Origin: Phycisphaerae bacterium | GTDB taxonomy: Bacteria > Planctomycetota > Phycisphaerae > WQYP01 | Assembly (NCBI GenBank): GCA_035524355.1 | Contig: DATKPA010000019.1 | Span: 34,117-98,116 of the forward strand | DNA length: 64,000 nt | Reading direction: 5' to 3' | Shown here: positions 59,526-64,000 of the stretch, piece by piece | Layout of the letters: each line of letters begins with the position of its first letter | Numbering within the stretch: the stretch's first letter is position 1 | Notes under the pieces: generated by a model | What the model was told of the DNA's origin: nothing | What the model saw: the letters and a program-made list of their open reading frames with translations, nothing else | The model's database searches: none | Made by a program: the position numbers and the translations under genes

Positions 59526-59558
59526 GCACATTCCGGCGATGCCATCGCCGGCTTTTTT
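59526..59558. repeat. REP-like palindrome, copy 3
   Basis: GCACATTCCGGCGATGCCATCGCCGGCTTTTTT between convergent genes. Confidence 0.88.
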
Positions 59559-59569
59559 CCCGTTCCCCG

Positions 59570-60712
59570 TTACGTGCGGATCGTATCCAGCATCACGATT
59601 GCACAGGGCCCGAAGATCATCACCGGCAGCCACGCCGCCAGCAGCGGATCGAGCTTCGTCCCCGCCATCTGGAACATGACAAACGTCGCCACGAAAACAA
59701 GCCCCGACACGATTGTGCAGTAGACCATGTTCTTGATGAGGCGGTTCGGTTCGCGGGTCAGCAGGAACGGCACGCCGATCAACAGCATGATGATGTTCAT
59801 CAGCGGCTGGGTCACGCGCAAATCCATGACCTTGTACAAGAGCGGTTGATTTGCCGGCGGGCTGCTCGCCGCCAGTTCGCGTACCTGCGATGTCGATAGA
59901 TAATCCACGGCCTTCTTGCGGAACATCAGGTCCAGTTGCTGTGGCGTCAAGCCCGTCTGGTACACCTGCTGCTCCACATTGCCGACAAATCGCTTCGTCG
60001 GGTCCGCATCCAGCCGGTCTTCGGATTGAATGACGCGCCCGCGCAGCATCCACGCCTCGGAGGTCTCGTTGGGCGGAAGCTCCCACGTCGCCCTATCCGC
60101 GGCGATGTGCCCGATCGGCGCGCCCTTTTCGTCCCGCTGCACGATGAGAACGCCCTTCATTTCCTTTTTCGCCGGATCATACGAAGACGCGACCAGGAGC
60201 GAATTGTCTCGCGGGTCCTGCACAAAATAGATCGACTCGGTCTTGGTGACCGGAACCCCCACCTCGTCGTGCCGCCGGAGCAGCTTCTGCACGACGTCCG
60301 GCTGGCTGATGATCCATTCCTGATTGACGACCGTCAGCAACCCGAAGACCACCGACACGAGCACGACGGGCAACGCCACCCGGAAGAGCGACACGCCCGA
60401 CGCGAGCATCGCCGTCAACTCGTGATGCCGCGTCATGCGGACCATCGTGAAACCCGCCGCCAGCAGGGGAATGGCCCCGGAGACCGTCTGAAAAATCACG
60501 AGCGACTGGTAGCTGTAGTAATCGAGAATGTTCCAGAGGGCCCCTCCCGCGGACGTGTTCGCCTGCGTCGCCCCCGCGAGGCCGGCGGATTTCGAGAAGC
60601 TGTCCAGGTTCACTATGAGGTCGAGCAGGATCGCCATCCCCACCAGCACCACGAGCGACAACAGGTAGTTGAACACAAACGCCTTGACGATGTACCGATC
60701 CAGTATCCGCAT
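59570..60712 (-). CDS. LptF/LptG family permease (LptG-like)
   Basis: MRILDRYI, ELTAMLASGVSLFR, LLAAWLPVMIF. Confidence 0.88.
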   Translation of the reverse strand: MRILDRYIVKAFVFNYLLSLVVLVGMAILLDLIVNLDSFSKSAGLAGATQANTSAGGALWNILDYYSYQSLVIFQTVSGAIPLLAAGFTMVRMTRHHELTAMLASGVSLFRVALPVVLVSVVFGLLTVVNQEWIISQPDVVQKLLRRHDEVGVPVTKTESIYFVQDPRDNSLLVASSYDPAKKEMKGVLIVQRDEKGAPIGHIAADRATWELPPNETSEAWMLRGRVIQSEDRLDADPTKRFVGNVEQQVYQTGLTPQQLDLMFRKKAVDYLSTSQVRELAASSPPANQPLLYKVMDLRVTQPLMNIIMLLIGVPFLLTREPNRLIKNMVYCTIVSGLVFVATFVMFQMAGTKLDPLLAAWLPVMIFGPCAIVMLDTIRT

Positions 60713-60736
60713 TGCTTTGCTTTCACTTCCCTGCCA

Positions 60737-60767
60737 TCTGACTTCCGACTTCCGACTCCTGACTTCT
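60737..60767. repeat. Heptamer tandem repeat (TCCGACT type)
   Basis: TCTGACTTCCGACTTCCGACTCCTGACTTCT between the two lpt genes. Confidence 0.8.
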
Positions 60768-60769
60768 CA

Positions 60770-62434
60770 TTATTGCCGCAGCAGTTTCGAATACACCACC
60801 GCCACGATTCCCAGGAGCAGCACGTTGCCCGCCCAGATCAGCGCGATGCCCACGTGCTCGTTGCGTGCCGACCCCTCCGCCATCTGCCGCCCCGCCGTGA
60901 TCAGGAGCACCAGCAGAATCGCCGGCACAAATCCGATCACAAACACCGCCAGCGGATTCTTGCCGCGCATCAGCAATCCCAGCGCCGCGCCGAGCATCAC
61001 CAGCGTCAGGCAGGACAGTGAGAACGATCCGCGGCTGTGGAGCTCCGAGTCAATCTCCTGGAAGAGCCGCGACGCCGCCGAGCGAACGTCCGCGCTTAAT
61101 TTCTGCATCGACTTCACATCCCCCTTCGCCGCGCTCTTCACCAGTTCCTGCGGGTCGCTTGGGGCCACGGTGGCAATCCCCGCCGGCAGGACCAGTCCCG
61201 AAAGGGTCACCACGTCGGAGGGGTCCGGCCCGATTCGCCGCAGATGATCCGTCCGCGTCACATGATCCCGCAGCAGCAGAGTCCCGGTAATCCCCGCCCC
61301 GGAGAAATCATCCTCCGACAACTCAACATCCACCGCGTCGCAGTTGTACGAAATCGCCAGCGTCCTGCCCTGGTACCGCTCCACGTGCACCTGCTTCCCC
61401 GAAGCCCCCATGAACACCAGTTGCTTTTCCGAATTCAACTCCGCACGCGGGGCTGTAATCTTCACAAACTCCGCGGTCGATCCCCCGGGACCGGTCATCT
61501 CCAGCGTCATTGGCGCACCACCGGTGATCTTCCACGCCCCGTACAACCGGTCCGCCACCACCTGGTATTCGTGCAGCGTCTCGAGCTGGTCCACGATATC
61601 CCGCACCGGCTGGAACAGCATCGGATTCCGGTCGTAATTGAACAACTGGCTCACATTCAAAAACTTCGGCTTGCTCTTCAACTGCGACGCCACCACGAAC
61701 GGCTTGCCCCCCTCCGTCAACGCCGGCACCGACCCGGAAATCTTCGCCATTGTCGCCGGATTGAACGCCGCCGCCCCCGTCAGCGTGAATTTGATCGCCG
61801 CGCCACCCGTCTCCGGATCATCCGTGATCGTCGCATTCGCCTGCTGCGCCACCACGATTGCATCCGGCTTCCCATCCTTCAGTTTCAGCCCCGCCATGCC
61901 ATGCACGACCACTTCGGAGGTGTTCGGCACGTTCGTCGGCAGCAGCTCCGCAGAATCGCCGTAAATCACCAGCCGGTCCAGTTTGAACTGCCCCTGCTGG
62001 TTGATCTGGTTCGTCGCCAGGCTTCCGAAATCGCTGATGATCGCCCGCTCCGTCCGCTGCAGAAACACCGGCACCACGTAGTTCACGAACACCAGATCCA
62101 CGCTCGCGACCAAAAGCCCCAGCGCCAACGCCGGCATCACGATCGCCGTGAATGAAATCCCGCTCGCCCGGCATGCCGTCATTTCGTTGTCTGTCGCAAG
62201 CCGCCAGTACACCAGCACCGCCGCGAACAGCGCCGCGATCGGAATCGCATACGCGAGCATCGCCGGCATCAGGTTCGAGATGATCGTCATCAGTTGCGTG
62301 ATCTCGATCCCCTGCTTCGTCACCGGCTTGAACGTCCCCCCAAACGCCAGCAGCGTCGTCAACGCCGACGACGTCAGCAGAAATATTCGCAGCAATTCGC
62401 GGAAGATGTACCAGTGCAGGGTCTTGTAGACCAT
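60770..62434 (-). CDS. LptF/LptG family permease (LptF-like)
   Basis: TLHWYIFRELL, DNEMTACRASGIS, IWAGN. Confidence 0.88.
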   Translation of the reverse strand: MVYKTLHWYIFRELLRIFLLTSSALTTLLAFGGTFKPVTKQGIEITQLMTIISNLMPAMLAYAIPIAALFAAVLVYWRLATDNEMTACRASGISFTAIVMPALALGLLVASVDLVFVNYVVPVFLQRTERAIISDFGSLATNQINQQGQFKLDRLVIYGDSAELLPTNVPNTSEVVVHGMAGLKLKDGKPDAIVVAQQANATITDDPETGGAAIKFTLTGAAAFNPATMAKISGSVPALTEGGKPFVVASQLKSKPKFLNVSQLFNYDRNPMLFQPVRDIVDQLETLHEYQVVADRLYGAWKITGGAPMTLEMTGPGGSTAEFVKITAPRAELNSEKQLVFMGASGKQVHVERYQGRTLAISYNCDAVDVELSEDDFSGAGITGTLLLRDHVTRTDHLRRIGPDPSDVVTLSGLVLPAGIATVAPSDPQELVKSAAKGDVKSMQKLSADVRSAASRLFQEIDSELHSRGSFSLSCLTLVMLGAALGLLMRGKNPLAVFVIGFVPAILLVLLITAGRQMAEGSARNEHVGIALIWAGNVLLLGIVAVVYSKLLRQ

Positions 62435-62780
62435 TAATCAATTCTTCCCGCGATAAAACTCCGCCGGCTCACCGCACCAGGCGGGGTGAAACAGCCTAAT
62501 GTGACACAAACTTACCAACCGGTCAACGCTTTCCATGTCCTCTCAAATCCTGATGCAATCCATTCCAATTTGTCGATGCTGGAGATTGCCTAAATGTTTG
62601 CCGCGTTGTCGCCGGGGCATCCGCTATCCATGAAACGACTTTGAACTCCTTCCCGCGTCGGCATTTTTTACCTATGCCCTTTTTAGTCCGTTGCCATGCC
62701 GATCGTTTGGAACCACATTATCTCTGACCTATAATCCGCCTTCCCGTTAGACCCCGACCTGCCATCTTTGAGGATTTTTC

Positions 62781-64000
62781 ATGCAACACTCCACCCGCCC
62801 GCCCCGCTCCTGCTCCCGTCGCCTTGCCAACTCACTCCTCCTGGCAGCCGTCGCCTCCTCCACTCTCCTCGCGGGCTGCAACTCCGCGATCGATCACGAA
62901 TCCGCCGACCGCGGCTCGGCACGCTACAGCGATTCCCTCGTCGCTCGCGCCATCCTCCAGGGCACCTACGGCGCCGACGCCGCACAGACCTTCACCGTCG
63001 CACAGGGCGTGCGTGAATATCCCCGCGTCGATTCTCCCGGTCCGACCACCTCCGACAACGCCGTCGTCCCCGCCACCACCACTGCCCCCGCCAACCTCAC
63101 CAACACCACCCTCCCTCCCACGACCCAGGCCGTCGAACTCAATCCCAACGGCACCACCGCCTTCAACGACATCTCCTCCCAGCCCTACGGCTCCGCTTCC
63201 ACCCAGGCCAATCAGGTCGGCCTCGCCGCAGTCACCCTCAACGCCCCCGAAAACCTCTTCAAGCTCTCCCTTCAGGATGCCATCGCCCGCTCCCTCAAGA
63301 ACACCCTCGACATCAAAGTCCAGGCCTACAACCCCGCCATTTCCGAATCCAAGGTCATTCAGCAGGAAGCTTTCTTCGACCCCACCTTCTTCGCCAATTC
63401 CAACTGGACCAACAACGACGAACCCGGCGCTACCGTCATCGACAACCCCGCCAACACCGCCAACCACACCCTCCCGCAGGTGTTCCGCGTCGGTCCCGGC
63501 TTCAACAACGGACAGACCTGGGTCAATGACGCCGGCATCCGCAAAGTCCTCCCCACCGGCGCCAACGTTTCCGTCTCCTCCGGCTTCACCTTCCGTGACC
63601 TCACCACCGGCGCCGGCACCGGGTACCCCAATGGACAAAGCATCGCCGCCAATATCGCCGCCAATATCACCCAGCCCCTTCTCCGCGGCTTCGGCACCGA
63701 TGTCAACGAATCCCAGATCTACCTCGCCCAGCGCGATCAACGCATCAGCCTCGAACAGTTCCGCGCCCAGGTGATCAACACCGTCGATACCGTCGAAGAG
63801 GATTACCACAACCTCATTCTCGCCCGCACCACCGTCGACATCGAGGAGCAACTCCTCGCCGCCACGGAAGAAACCGAAAGGCGCGTCAGCGACCGCATCA
63901 GCGTCGATGCCGACCAGATCTCCATCAGCCAGGCACAGGCCGCCGTCGAACAGCGCCGCGCCGAGCTCGTCCGCGGCCGCATCGACCTCCGCAACGCTTC
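62781..64000 (+). CDS. TolC-family outer membrane lipoprotein, 3' end runs off window
   Basis: Manual translation: lipobox LLAGC, LSLQDAIARSLKNTLDI, FFDPTFF, ITQPLLRGFG, VEEDYHNL; TATAAT near 62730. Confidence 0.85.
   Translation, partial: MQHSTRPPRSCSRRLANSLLLAAVASSTLLAGCNSAIDHESADRGSARYSDSLVARAILQGTYGADAAQTFTVAQGVREYPRVDSPGPTTSDNAVVPATTTAPANLTNTTLPPTTQAVELNPNGTTAFNDISSQPYGSASTQANQVGLAAVTLNAPENLFKLSLQDAIARSLKNTLDIKVQAYNPAISESKVIQQEAFFDPTFFANSNWTNNDEPGATVIDNPANTANHTLPQVFRVGPGFNNGQTWVNDAGIRKVLPTGANVSVSSGFTFRDLTTGAGTGYPNGQSIAANIAANITQPLLRGFGTDVNESQIYLAQRDQRISLEQFRAQVINTVDTVEEDYHNLILARTTVDIEEQLLAATEETERRVSDRISVDADQISISQAQAAVEQRRAELVRGRIDLRNA

Overview
A high-GC bacterial chromosomal window, most likely Planctomycetota/Phycisphaerae. 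That assignment is inferred from PEP-CTERM and dockerin-like proteins, recurrent [AS]TQP motifs in exported proteins, hpnCDE and a Gld-like ABC cluster. About 55 CDS are mostly housekeeping: hemW, floA, ptsI, hom, apgM-like, apaG, clpP, a dinG-like helicase, thiS/thiG, ispH, hpnCDE, lptFG, TolC and several ABC systems, with four toxin-antitoxin-like pairs wedged between them. No rRNA, tRNA, CRISPR array, integrase or transposase was recognised. The main finding is an integrase-free stack of cargo cassettes at the hom-apgM locus (about 14.6-23.7 kb), separated by displaced copies of the anchor-gene ends. These are an apgM-5'::hom-3' chimera and two progressively decayed apgM 3' ends; the younger copies differ largely by synonymous changes, suggesting serial anchor-directed capture of DNA from relatives. 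Other notable signals: a shared tandem TGCAA-N5-TTGCA box (17-bp spacing) upstream of two zinc-starvation-type loci; families of 7/8/9-mer inverted tandem repeats, some inside core genes in frame; and strong GC-skew blocks that ignore gene orientation. All alignments and composition estimates were made by eye.
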